A stretch of 64,000 bases of DNA from a virus. Made by a program: the position numbers and the translations under genes. The notes beneath the pieces are model-generated. The model was not told the origin of the DNA. It saw only the letters and a list, made by a program, of their open reading frames with translations, and made no database searches. Position 1 is the first letter of the stretch. Every line of letters begins with the position of its first letter. Positions 40,920 through 48,725 of this stretch are shown piece after piece. The stretch covers positions 28,627 through 92,626 of the IMG/VR virus record IMGVR_UViG_3300028840_006004. The stretch is one strand, 5' to 3'.

Positions 40920-41344
40920 ATCCTAAAGTTCTTGATCACAAGTATCGCTTCTTTATCATTCTCCATTACTTTATGGAACCGTTCCATCGTGTCACCCGAA
41001 TTCGTGATATCAAGATATCTATCTTTATCGATGTCGGCTGTTGCCGATCCGAGAGCAATGCAGCCGTTGAGATCTCTCCAGAAATTAGCCGAGTGGAATT
41101 TGCATTCCGATCTGTTCGGCACATCCTTGATCTCCCAGAGGTCCTTGCTAAATCGAGCAGAAGCTTCCAATTTGACGGGATAGGCTCCCTGTGGTATGCA
41201 ACTGATGTTAGGCTGATTATTTCTCCACCCGCGTTCAAGTGAGAGCGCGGAAAATAGAGGTTGCTGGTGTTCGTCAAGGACAGTACAGTTGCCGAGTGTC
41301 TGGTTTTCATTTGTTGTGTATCGTGTGATCAAAATTGTTTTCAT
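40916..41344 (-). CDS. DUF5675-family protein (L,D-transpeptidase-like fold, endolysin candidate)
   Basis: LERGWRNN...SCIPQG.Y...VPNRS...FHSAN....LNGCIALG. Confidence 0.85.
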   Translation of the reverse strand: MKTILITRYTTNENQTLGNCTVLDEHQQPLFSALSLERGWRNNQPNISCIPQGAYPVKLEASARFSKDLWEIKDVPNRSECKFHSANFWRDLNGCIALGSATADIDKDRYLDITNSGDTMERFHKVMENDKEAILVIKNFRM

Positions 41345-41484
41345 CCGAATATTGTTATAAATATGATTTCAATTAGCAACATAGTAACAATGAACCATAA
41401 AAAGCCATTCCTGGCTCTTTTGATCGGATCGTGCTTAGAACGTTTTACAGCATCGGGACCGATCGGTGGATCAAACATTCTCAT
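41341..41484 (-). CDS. Unlisted 47-aa C-terminally anchored membrane peptide
   Basis: MRMFDPPIG...RNGFLWFIVTMLLIEIIFITIFG; ATGA overlaps at both ends. Confidence 0.7.
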   Translation of the reverse strand: MRMFDPPIGPDAVKRSKHDPIKRARNGFLWFIVTMLLIEIIFITIFG

Positions 41485-41963
41485 GCATTCAGGCTTTTAA
41501 TATGATTGAAGATCTCTGCAATCTGCTTTTGAGCATGCAAATCACTTCTCCCATTTGATCTTGCTTTCGCATAAGCAATATCCGTCCAATCCCGTGGCTG
41601 ACCAAGAGTATTAACAACAGCAAAATACTTTTCAGTTTCAAACTCCTTATAAGTCTTCATAAACTTACCAGAGTTAGTCATCCTTACCATCACTCTTTCT
41701 TTGCCAGTTATAAACCTTCGATCCTTCATTGTATAATACTCGTGACAAATATAAGCCCACCCGTCTTCACAAATGCAAACATCCTGATCTCTCGCCCATC
41801 CTTTATCGGGACCAAACTGAAATATTTTCGTGTTTAACTTTGTAAACTCTTCGCTAAGAGCGTTCTCAAATCTTGGTATTCTTTCCGGAACCAGTTTTTT
41901 TGGTGCTATCACTGCAACTCCCGCTGCAATTCCTATACTCTTTAGAAAATTTCTTCGCTTCAT
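41481..41963 (-). CDS. Protein with twin-arginine (Tat)-like signal
   Basis: MKRRNFLKSIGIAAGVAVIAP. Confidence 0.7.
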   Translation of the reverse strand: MKRRNFLKSIGIAAGVAVIAPKKLVPERIPRFENALSEEFTKLNTKIFQFGPDKGWARDQDVCICEDGWAYICHEYYTMKDRRFITGKERVMVRMTNSGKFMKTYKEFETEKYFAVVNTLGQPRDWTDIAYAKARSNGRSDLHAQKQIAEIFNHIKSLNA

Positions 41964-42019
41964 TTTTTCTTCGGTTTAGGTTTTTTGACCACTTTAGGTC
42001 TGCGTTTTTTACATGCCAT
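41960..42019 (-). CDS. Unlisted 19-aa highly basic peptide MACKKRRPKVVKKPKPKKK
   Basis: A-rich leader; ATGA coupling to the next gene; fills the intergenic gap exactly. Confidence 0.65.
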   Translation of the reverse strand: MACKKRRPKVVKKPKPKKK

Positions 42020-42030
42020 GATTTTATAGT

Positions 42031-43095
42031 TTAATAAGGTACTGCCCTGAAATATTGTAACATGTCTTCCGTGACAATCTTAAACGGAATTACAGTGTCG
42101 CCAACCTGCTTTGCATGATATAAAAATCCATCAGGCTGAACAAAGAGCATATTGTTGTTTATATTATAAGGTATACCTGGTTTCAAAAGTATTCCACCAT
42201 CAACCCACCAAAATCCTTTCTCAAATGTCGAGGTGTACCACCTGTCAGGCTCACTCCAGTAAGTCGAAAACCACATCTTCCCATCACGCTGAGTATCTGA
42301 CATTCCAAATTCCAGATTTGCAACATAAGTAGTCGTATCATTTCCTTTTATAAATACCCTGATCTGAGCATTTAATCCTTTTACCGGTGAAGGTGTTTCA
42401 ATAATTACATCAATAGTTGGTGTCTTTTGATTAGAATACGGCGTTACCCTGTGAACAACCATAGCGGCGGAATCAGGAATACCAGTATCCAGATATATAT
42501 AAGGACTGAATGTTGAATCCGAACTCGGCGGAGGAACTCCACCACCACCACTCGCATAATAATTCGGAAATAAGGATTCCAGTTTAGTAGTGTCCCCTTC
42601 AAACCACTCAGGGTAAGGATATGTGTAACGGCAATTATTTGTCGTTATCGGATCTTCCGCTTCATGGATCTTGTATGGCCCTGCATTGAAATAACAATTT
42701 GAGTAAAGAATGTTATCCGTAATATGAAAATGCCCGCTCGGATAAAAAAACAAACTCAGATTGGATAACAACGCATAATCAATAGCAAAACTGTCCGACA
42801 CAACAAGATAATCAAACCTGTTCAAAGCCAGCATAACCCGAAGATTAGTTCCATTCCATGCAGAGCTTGAGTCCGGATGCATGATGTCCTGCAGGTAGAT
42901 CTCATTTGAATAGAATTTGTAAACCTCCTCATAAGGCGATTGGGATTTGTTTAACTGCTGTCGTGGATATGTTCGCTTCTGAATAACCTGGGCCTTCCCG
43001 GAAAGCCAGAATCCAAAAGAAATAAGTAATGAAATTATTATCACAACAAAAAATTTAAACCAATAGGTTTTCCAGGGTTCGTTAATTCTTCTCAT
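42031..43095 (-). CDS. Secreted/membrane protein (Sec signal ending KA-Q), 354 aa
   Basis: Hydrophobic N-terminus; YPEWF motif; GGGGVPPP linker. Confidence 0.65.
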   Translation of the reverse strand: MRRINEPWKTYWFKFFVVIIISLLISFGFWLSGKAQVIQKRTYPRQQLNKSQSPYEEVYKFYSNEIYLQDIMHPDSSSAWNGTNLRVMLALNRFDYLVVSDSFAIDYALLSNLSLFFYPSGHFHITDNILYSNCYFNAGPYKIHEAEDPITTNNCRYTYPYPEWFEGDTTKLESLFPNYYASGGGGVPPPSSDSTFSPYIYLDTGIPDSAAMVVHRVTPYSNQKTPTIDVIIETPSPVKGLNAQIRVFIKGNDTTTYVANLEFGMSDTQRDGKMWFSTYWSEPDRWYTSTFEKGFWWVDGGILLKPGIPYNINNNMLFVQPDGFLYHAKQVGDTVIPFKIVTEDMLQYFRAVPY

Positions 43096-43419
43096 TTATT
43101 TTATTTTTAAAAAATGTTTCGCACTCGTAATGGCAATCTCCAACGCCTGATCAGTAACTCCATTAATAAATATTGCATCATAAAAACGCTTGCCTTTTAA
43201 GTAAATCGTGTTTTCGATTTTAACAGCTTCGTCTTCCGATGGTAAGAGCTCATGCCTTTTAATAAGGATAGGCCCTGGCACTTTCATCTTCATTTCATTC
43301 AAGATCTTCAGGTACTCAAGAAAATCTTTTGTAAGCATATTTCGCGGACGATCACCGTCCATGAACTGATACATGTTTGTGTTGTAATCAGGCAACCGAT
43401 CATTGATCCAGAATCCCAT
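43096..43419 (-). CDS. Hypothetical protein
   Basis: Tightly packed ORF. Confidence 0.6.
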   Translation of the reverse strand: MGFWINDRLPDYNTNMYQFMDGDRPRNMLTKDFLEYLKILNEMKMKVPGPILIKRHELLPSEDEAVKIENTIYLKGKRFYDAIFINGVTDQALEIAITSAKHFLKIK

Positions 43420-43420
43420 A

Positions 43421-43648
43421 TCAATTCATTTGAATAATCAATTTATTTAATCTGGCGGTATCATCTAAGGCATGCATGACAGATTCCGTTTGCACCGTAG
43501 TATAGTGCGTACCGGCGGTGGTTTCAATAATAGTGATCCCGTCTTTTCTTTTGACCTCGATCACATATAATGGATTCAGCCATGCGGTGTAGTTTGCCGC
43601 ATGAGGCCCTTCCATTTTAAAGCAGTTAAACCTGCACAATTTGAACAT
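43421..43648 (-). CDS. Small beta protein, FlbD-like pattern
   Basis: WLNPLYVIEV...TIIETTAGTHY. Confidence 0.45.
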   Translation of the reverse strand: MFKLCRFNCFKMEGPHAANYTAWLNPLYVIEVKRKDGITIIETTAGTHYTTVQTESVMHALDDTARLNKLIIQMN

Positions 43649-43964
43649 TGCTTACCTTTTTTTTATAAATTGAAATAGTTTCTCCAGTATATGCTTCATT
43701 GCCGTTAAACTCGAAATATATACGCCTTCCATCTTCTGTAAGAGTGAATGAACCCAATTCATCAGATCCCGTTTCGCCGGTAAGTTCCCATCCATCCCGG
43801 ATTCGTCTATTACTTCCTGTTCCAATCCAGGCCGCATCATTATACCTTCTCCAGAGGCCCGTTTGCGGGCACTGATACCTTGACGCTCCGTCCTGGAATC
43901 CCGGAATCCTTTTTTGGTTGTACTTAACTTTTTTAACTTCTTGCGCGTTCTCATTAGTTCCCAT
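43626..43964 (-). CDS. Hypothetical protein
   Basis: ORF with A-rich leader. Confidence 0.55.
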   Translation of the reverse strand: MGTNENAQEVKKVKYNQKRIPGFQDGASRYQCPQTGLWRRYNDAAWIGTGSNRRIRDGWELTGETGSDELGSFTLTEDGRRIYFEFNGNEAYTGETISIYKKKVSNVQIVQV

Positions 43965-43976
43965 AATATTTAATTT

Positions 43977-44201
43977 TTATGATTTCTTAATTCTGTTTTC
44001 GTATAACGCCTTTCCTCTTTTTGATTTTGCATAATCGGAAAGCGCCACGATAAAACCATTCTTCTCGTACCATCCCTGGTCCCGTTTAAGTGCTTTTCCA
44101 AGACCCCCCGGGCTCATTTTAATCACTCTCGCCGCTTCAGACCTATCGGTACATACATGGACTTTTTTATCTTCTTTTAGTATAATAACATGAACTTTCA
44201 T
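43977..44201 (-). CDS. Small HTH DNA-binding protein (NUMOD1-like); start MKVHV at 44201
   Basis: DRSEAARVIKMSPGGLGKALKR. Confidence 0.6.
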   Translation of the reverse strand: MKVHVIILKEDKKVHVCTDRSEAARVIKMSPGGLGKALKRDQGWYEKNGFIVALSDYAKSKRGKALYENRIKKS

Positions 44202-44205
44202 ATAG

Positions 44206-44213
44206 CAAATATA
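44206..44213 (-). promoter_or_regulatory. Consensus Bacteroidota -7 box TATATTTG at the head of the minus-strand module
   Basis: TTTTTTG-TATATTTG-CTAT-ATG. Confidence 0.65.
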
Positions 44214-44419
44214 CAAAAAAGTATCATTCTATTCCGCGCCATTAAAAACTTTTTTAAAAATCTCGGTTAGGGTATAAGACCTTTTGACCCTTAATCCGGT
44301 TTTCCGTAATAAAAACACCCCCCGTAGATAGTTTACACGCTTGCGAGATAACCCCCATACCCCCCGCATAGCTTACAGTAATTAAAGTTAATTTAATAAC
44401 ATTAAAAAATTCGTGCTTT

Positions 44420-44722
44420 ATGTATTTAACAAAAGAACAGTTTGACAATGCAGTAATCGGCAAAGGCTTGATAGATGCCGATACCAACTATGACCAAGTA
44501 ACCATTGTGGAAACAAAGGGAACAAAGGAATGGCGACCAACTATTATGCAGACAAGCAAAGAAAAGGTGAAACACGTTGTAGAGTTTGAAACCTTGATTG
44601 GCTTGGTGCGTGAAAGTGGGAAAGCTAAAGCAAAGAAGGAAGGTAACAAGATCGTTGGTTACGATTTTGACTGGAAAGATATTCCAATGAAAGTTAAAGA
44701 TGGTACATTAATGAATGCATAG
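44420..44722 (+). CDS. First gene of the plus-strand (early) module, hypothetical
   Basis: Clean ORF followed by its own terminator. Confidence 0.75.
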   Translation: MYLTKEQFDNAVIGKGLIDADTNYDQVTIVETKGTKEWRPTIMQTSKEKVKHVVEFETLIGLVRESGKAKAKKEGNKIVGYDFDWKDIPMKVKDGTLMNA

Positions 44723-44744
44723 TTAAACTCTAAAGAGTAGTGCC

Positions 44745-44784
44745 TAACACCCTGAACTGATATGTTTGGGGTGTTATTTTTTTT
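44745..44784 (+). terminator. Intrinsic terminator
   Basis: TAACACCCTGAAC/GTTTGGGGTGTTA followed by T8. Confidence 0.85.
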
Positions 44785-44945
44785 GGTTTGCATTCTATAT
44801 AAGGATGTGAAGGATACATTACGTATAACAGGATGACTACATTCAAGCTCGAATGATATTTTTTTAATTATAGCACAATGACTACGTGTCAAGTGCAACT
44901 GTGTACACCAGATTGGATATTAATCACCACTAAATAAGAAGAAAA

Positions 44946-45257
44946 ATGAAAACATTAATTTATTCATTGCTCGTGATAGCTATTATGAGCAGTTGTACAG
45001 GCACATCAACACGAATACAAGTGTTAGATGTAGACTCACAACAAATCGAAACAGTAAGGCTTGGCAAGTATGCTGGGCATATCCACATGAATGATACAAT
45101 TGTAATCGAAGAGTATTTCAGCTCAGTATCGATACGCAATGAAATCTATTCACTAAATGTTGATGAATTACCTAAAGTAAGTTTCATTTATTCCAATGAT
45201 TCGTCAGATGTATCAATGTTCAGTTATTACAGAGCAATTGTTTTATCAGATATTTAA
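44946..45257 (+). CDS. Putative lipoprotein
   Basis: MKTLIYSLLVIAIMSS-C lipobox. Confidence 0.7.
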   Translation: MKTLIYSLLVIAIMSSCTGTSTRIQVLDVDSQQIETVRLGKYAGHIHMNDTIVIEEYFSSVSIRNEIYSLNVDELPKVSFIYSNDSSDVSMFSYYRAIVLSDI

Positions 45258-45276
45258 CCACTAAAAGAAGAAGAAA

Positions 45277-45597
45277 ATGATCGTAGAATTATTAAAGAAC
45301 AACGGTGTCACAGGCATTAAAATTGAATTAAGTATATTTCAAATGCAGGCACTACAAACAAAAATGGTTGAAATCCATCGATTATCGATGCCAATAGAAC
45401 CAAAACAACCTGAACGCAAACCTCGTCATGTATTAAAAGAAAAATTACGTGATGAACAGCATTATGAAGAGCTTATAGCCAAGCTTCGTGATTTACAGCG
45501 CTTTATTGACAAAATAGCACCTGTTCCGTCCAAGCAAGAAGTAAATGATACATTGTTTAGTATAACACCTAAACCAGATGAAGATGGAATGCATTAG
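45277..45597 (+). CDS. Hypothetical protein
   Basis: Leader repeat shared with the gene at 44946. Confidence 0.65.
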   Translation: MIVELLKNNGVTGIKIELSIFQMQALQTKMVEIHRLSMPIEPKQPERKPRHVLKEKLRDEQHYEELIAKLRDLQRFIDKIAPVPSKQEVNDTLFSITPKPDEDGMH

Positions 45598-45979
45598 AGT
45601 TTTTTCAGTATACCATAAAGAATTTGTTAATGTAGAAGAGCAGGCGTGGAAGTCACGCCACTCTTCACCTAACAATGGATACATTAAATGTGTATTTGCT
45701 TCAGGTGATAGCCAAGAGATCCCAATCATTTATCTCAAAGAAGAAAATGAAAGAATGCGAGTCGAAGTTAGTATCGAAGAATATTACAAAGCACGTAAGA
45801 CCACAATGCTTAGTATTGTCATCGAGAATGACGGCTCAATGAGATTAGTCAGACGAGGATCAAAAAACCGATTTAACATGGACGAGCTTGTCAATTTATT
45901 AATTGATGATAAGGCGCGGATCAGACTCTACAATGACCAGGATCAACGTATAGCAACAATCGAACCGATAAGGGAATAA
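45578..45979 (+). CDS. Hypothetical protein
   Basis: ORF. Confidence 0.55.
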   Translation: MKMECIRVFSVYHKEFVNVEEQAWKSRHSSPNNGYIKCVFASGDSQEIPIIYLKEENERMRVEVSIEEYYKARKTTMLSIVIENDGSMRLVRRGSKNRFNMDELVNLLIDDKARIRLYNDQDQRIATIEPIRE

Positions 45980-45984
45980 TAGTA

Positions 45985-46121
45985 CCGTCAAGAACCAGTG
46001 TTCGGACACAAGCTTATACATACAGGAATCGCAACCATTATATGATGCTGGTGTCACACGGTTAGCCTTGACGGGAGATATTGTATATCAAGTAGCCATT
46101 GGCACTAAAGGAATATCTCCT
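45985..46121 (+). ncRNA. Candidate structured RNA/leader
   Basis: CCGTCAAG/CTTGACGG, GTGT-TCGG-ACAC and GGAGATATT/AATATCTCC helices. Confidence 0.4.
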
Positions 46122-46160
46122 GTTATAGGGCTTAAATTCAAAACAAAAAAAGAAGAAAAA

Positions 46161-46556
46161 ATGGAAGAATTATCATTAGAAGACATAATGAAAAGTAATG
46201 TTAAACCTACAAGCTTACGTAGTACCGGCAAATTCTTTTCAGTCTACCTGAAATCAGGTCAAATAAGATTAAGTAAACCAATGCAAAGAGATCTGGGTGA
46301 TCCAAGTAGAATAGCATTCTTTATCAAAGGAAGTTATGTATTTTTTATTCCAGATCCAGATGGCAATGAACTTACTACCTTTTGTGTTAACAAGAAGAGC
46401 GTTGACTGTACAATATCTTCAGTTGAATTAGCAAAACAATTAGGTACAGCTCTTAATGTAAAGATGGAAGATGATACCAAGAGTTTTCAAATTGTATATG
46501 ATACTCATAGTACAAACAAGTTTGGAATAATATTCAAAGCAAGTTTAAGAGAATAA
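46161..46556 (+). CDS. Hypothetical protein (start MEELS at 46161); possible swapped-hairpin DNA-binding fold
   Basis: SGQIRLSKPMQRDLG; A-rich leader. Confidence 0.6.
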   Translation: MEELSLEDIMKSNVKPTSLRSTGKFFSVYLKSGQIRLSKPMQRDLGDPSRIAFFIKGSYVFFIPDPDGNELTTFCVNKKSVDCTISSVELAKQLGTALNVKMEDDTKSFQIVYDTHSTNKFGIIFKASLRE

Positions 46557-46568
46557 AATAAAACTACT

Positions 46569-46946
46569 ATGAGAAAATATAGAATACAAAAGCGTAAATA
46601 TAGCACGAATGCCATAGAATTTAGCGATGATAATGGCAGACATTGGCAAGTATATATGATGATTGGCCAATCCTTTAAAAAAGCTGATGGCGATAAGATA
46701 ATCCAATCTCTGTTCGAGCAAATATGCTACGAATATCAATCCGAAGAGGAAGAGATGGTGGTTAATCTGGTGAATAGGGCAGCAGGACGTAAAATCCTGC
46801 TCCCTTTTATGTCTGAAATGATTATGCAAGCCAGATTAAGTAATTTAAGTAACCAACAGCTTTATACACCAGGCAATCTGGTATTTTTGCTCAAAAGAGC
46901 TTACGAAACGTTTAAGAACTATGGTGTCGTAACCTGGTCCAAGTAA
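46569..46946 (+). CDS. Hypothetical protein
   Basis: ORF. Confidence 0.6.
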   Translation: MRKYRIQKRKYSTNAIEFSDDNGRHWQVYMMIGQSFKKADGDKIIQSLFEQICYEYQSEEEEMVVNLVNRAAGRKILLPFMSEMIMQARLSNLSNQQLYTPGNLVFLLKRAYETFKNYGVVTWSK

Positions 46947-46953
46947 TAAATCA

Positions 46954-46973
46954 GGGAGAGTTTCGGCTCTCCC
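46954..46973 (+). other. Stable TTCG-loop hairpin without U-tract
   Basis: GGGAGAG-TTTCGG-CTCTCCC. Confidence 0.6.
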
Positions 46974-46987
46974 ACAACAATTAAACT

Positions 46988-47416
46988 ATGTACCCAAAAA
47001 AAGAAATGATGTTTTTAATTGCAGAAGCAATTAGAGGTAGAGCTGATCTTACCAAACCAGAAAATGCTCCTCTAAAGAATTTTATTGATATAGTTGATAG
47101 AATGAAACGTATTGAAGAGATTTTGCATAACCCTGATAAAAATCTGCAAATGGATGAAATGACTATTGAGTTAGGATATTTGATGTGTCAAACAACAGGC
47201 AAAGATTATAATCAAATACTCAGTAGAATAAAAGAAAAATGGCCTGAAATTAAAATACCTAATTATGAAAAAGATACTTTTAATGGTTTCAATGTTACTG
47301 TTGTCGATTTTAGCGATGGCTCAAAATCGGTACAATTTGATAAGTCCGGAAGAAATGAAGATACAAAAGAATCAGATGGACCGCGTAAAAGACCAAACCG
47401 TAGCCACATTAATTAA
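46988..47416 (+). CDS. Hypothetical protein
   Basis: ORF. Confidence 0.6.
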   Translation: MYPKKEMMFLIAEAIRGRADLTKPENAPLKNFIDIVDRMKRIEEILHNPDKNLQMDEMTIELGYLMCQTTGKDYNQILSRIKEKWPEIKIPNYEKDTFNGFNVTVVDFSDGSKSVQFDKSGRNEDTKESDGPRKRPNRSHIN

Positions 47417-47666
47417 GCGTGACAGTGAGATGAGGATCGGACATGAATCAAACATCAACTCACTTGTTAAAACACGCAGAGGGATAAAAAAACCAAGCCC
47501 AGTGACCACTCAAAAACAAACAGAATACACATATTATGAGTATCGCGATGTAAATGTCAATATAAACAGAATTGAGCCGAGATGTTTGCCAAATTCGGGA
47601 GCTCGTGGTGTTGTATTACTGGGTACTTCAATTATTCCTACTTCTATCTATTCATTTAGATATTAG
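47265..47666 (+). CDS. Secreted protein (signal peptide AMA-Q)
   Basis: MKKILLMVSMLLLSILAMA-Q. Confidence 0.65.
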   Translation: MKKILLMVSMLLLSILAMAQNRYNLISPEEMKIQKNQMDRVKDQTVATLIKRDSEMRIGHESNINSLVKTRRGIKKPSPVTTQKQTEYTYYEYRDVNVNINRIEPRCLPNSGARGVVLLGTSIIPTSIYSFRY

Positions 47667-48006
47667 TGCCGAGATGGGCGGACCAAAGCTTTTTATCGTA
47701 TTTATTGCGATCAGCTTTGGCTCGTCCTCTCTTTTTATTCGCTTCTTTAAATCTCTCGTGTGATTTCTCAATAGAATATTTATCGATTATATCTTGAGGT
47801 TTGGTAAATAGGTAAAAGAATTTTCCAAAGAATAATACTGCAGGATTATTAGAATACAGGAAATCAAAGATCCGAAATGTTGCTGGTTTATGTATAAGCC
47901 ATATATCTTTTTCTGATACTTCTCCTACATATTTTTGAACCGTGGCTGACTTATTTATCTCCTCAGCAAATATCTTTGCAAATCGTCCAATCTTAACAGT
48001 TTCCAT
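47656..48006 (-). CDS. Antisense gene inside the early module (116 aa from METVK), basic C-terminus
   Basis: TATTTTTG box at 48012-48019, 5 nt before the ATG; covers a stretch with no long plus-strand ORF. Confidence 0.55.
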   Translation of the reverse strand: METVKIGRFAKIFAEEINKSATVQKYVGEVSEKDIWLIHKPATFRIFDFLYSNNPAVLFFGKFFYLFTKPQDIIDKYSIEKSHERFKEANKKRGRAKADRNKYDKKLWSAHLGTNI

Positions 48007-48439
48007 GGATACAAAAATACATATTAACAAAATATCAGATGCAATCAAGACTGCAGGCGTATCATGTCCTTCAGCTGAAGATGTATACAATAGATTAAAT
48101 AATCAAATTGCAGTTATTGATGATGAATTCATTGATAAATTACTTGAACGCTATAACCAGTATCAACTGGCTAATCGTATCAAAAATGTTGGTAAAGATC
48201 CTAAGTTCATTGGTAAATCTGATGCATTATTATCACTCGATGATTTTATATTCAGAAGAATGTATGAGCATACATTTCCATTACCTGAAGGCACATTTAC
48301 AGACGCAATGTTTGGTGAGAATAATTTTTATGATCTCCTTGAGGAGTTCAAGACAATAGATGCTAAGTTGAAGAAAAAGCAAAAAGAAAATGTTGAAAAG
48401 TACAAAGACATTCTTAATCCGCCATCATCAGACAGGTGA
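48005..48439 (+). CDS. Hypothetical protein upstream of the helicase (possible replication initiator/loader); start uncertain (47942 or 48005)
   Basis: Position; protein-like composition. Confidence 0.5.
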   Translation: MDTKIHINKISDAIKTAGVSCPSAEDVYNRLNNQIAVIDDEFIDKLLERYNQYQLANRIKNVGKDPKFIGKSDALLSLDDFIFRRMYEHTFPLPEGTFTDAMFGENNFYDLLEEFKTIDAKLKKKQKENVEKYKDILNPPSSDR

Positions 48440-48443
48440 GGCG

Positions 48444-48725
48444 ATGAGCTTTTCTACTCAGAAAGGCGAAGTAGTCATCGAAAAAGATGGCCCAATTACA
48501 GTTATACATACTGAACGAGATGATTTATTCTCTAAACAATTGAAAGTTATCATACGTAAACAAATCGAGATCGAACTTGACTTCAAGAATGTTGTTCTCC
48601 ATGAAAATTATGAAGGCTTTGTGTTCGATAATAAGGTATACTTTCGCGTTGGAGAACGATATTTAGGACTTGGTCCAAAGTATTTAAATGGTAAATTAAA
48701 CATTCACAAAGCAGGAATATGTTAG
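48444..48725 (+). CDS. Hypothetical protein
   Basis: ORF from MSFSTQ. Confidence 0.55.
   Translation: MSFSTQKGEVVIEKDGPITVIHTERDDLFSKQLKVIIRKQIEIELDFKNVVLHENYEGFVFDNKVYFRVGERYLGLGPKYLNGKLNIHKAGIC

Noticed and set aside
39799-44216. Track start positions at 40179, 40843 and 44216
   Set aside because: Downstream ATGs (40110, 40768, 44201) fit promoter boxes and domain boundaries better.
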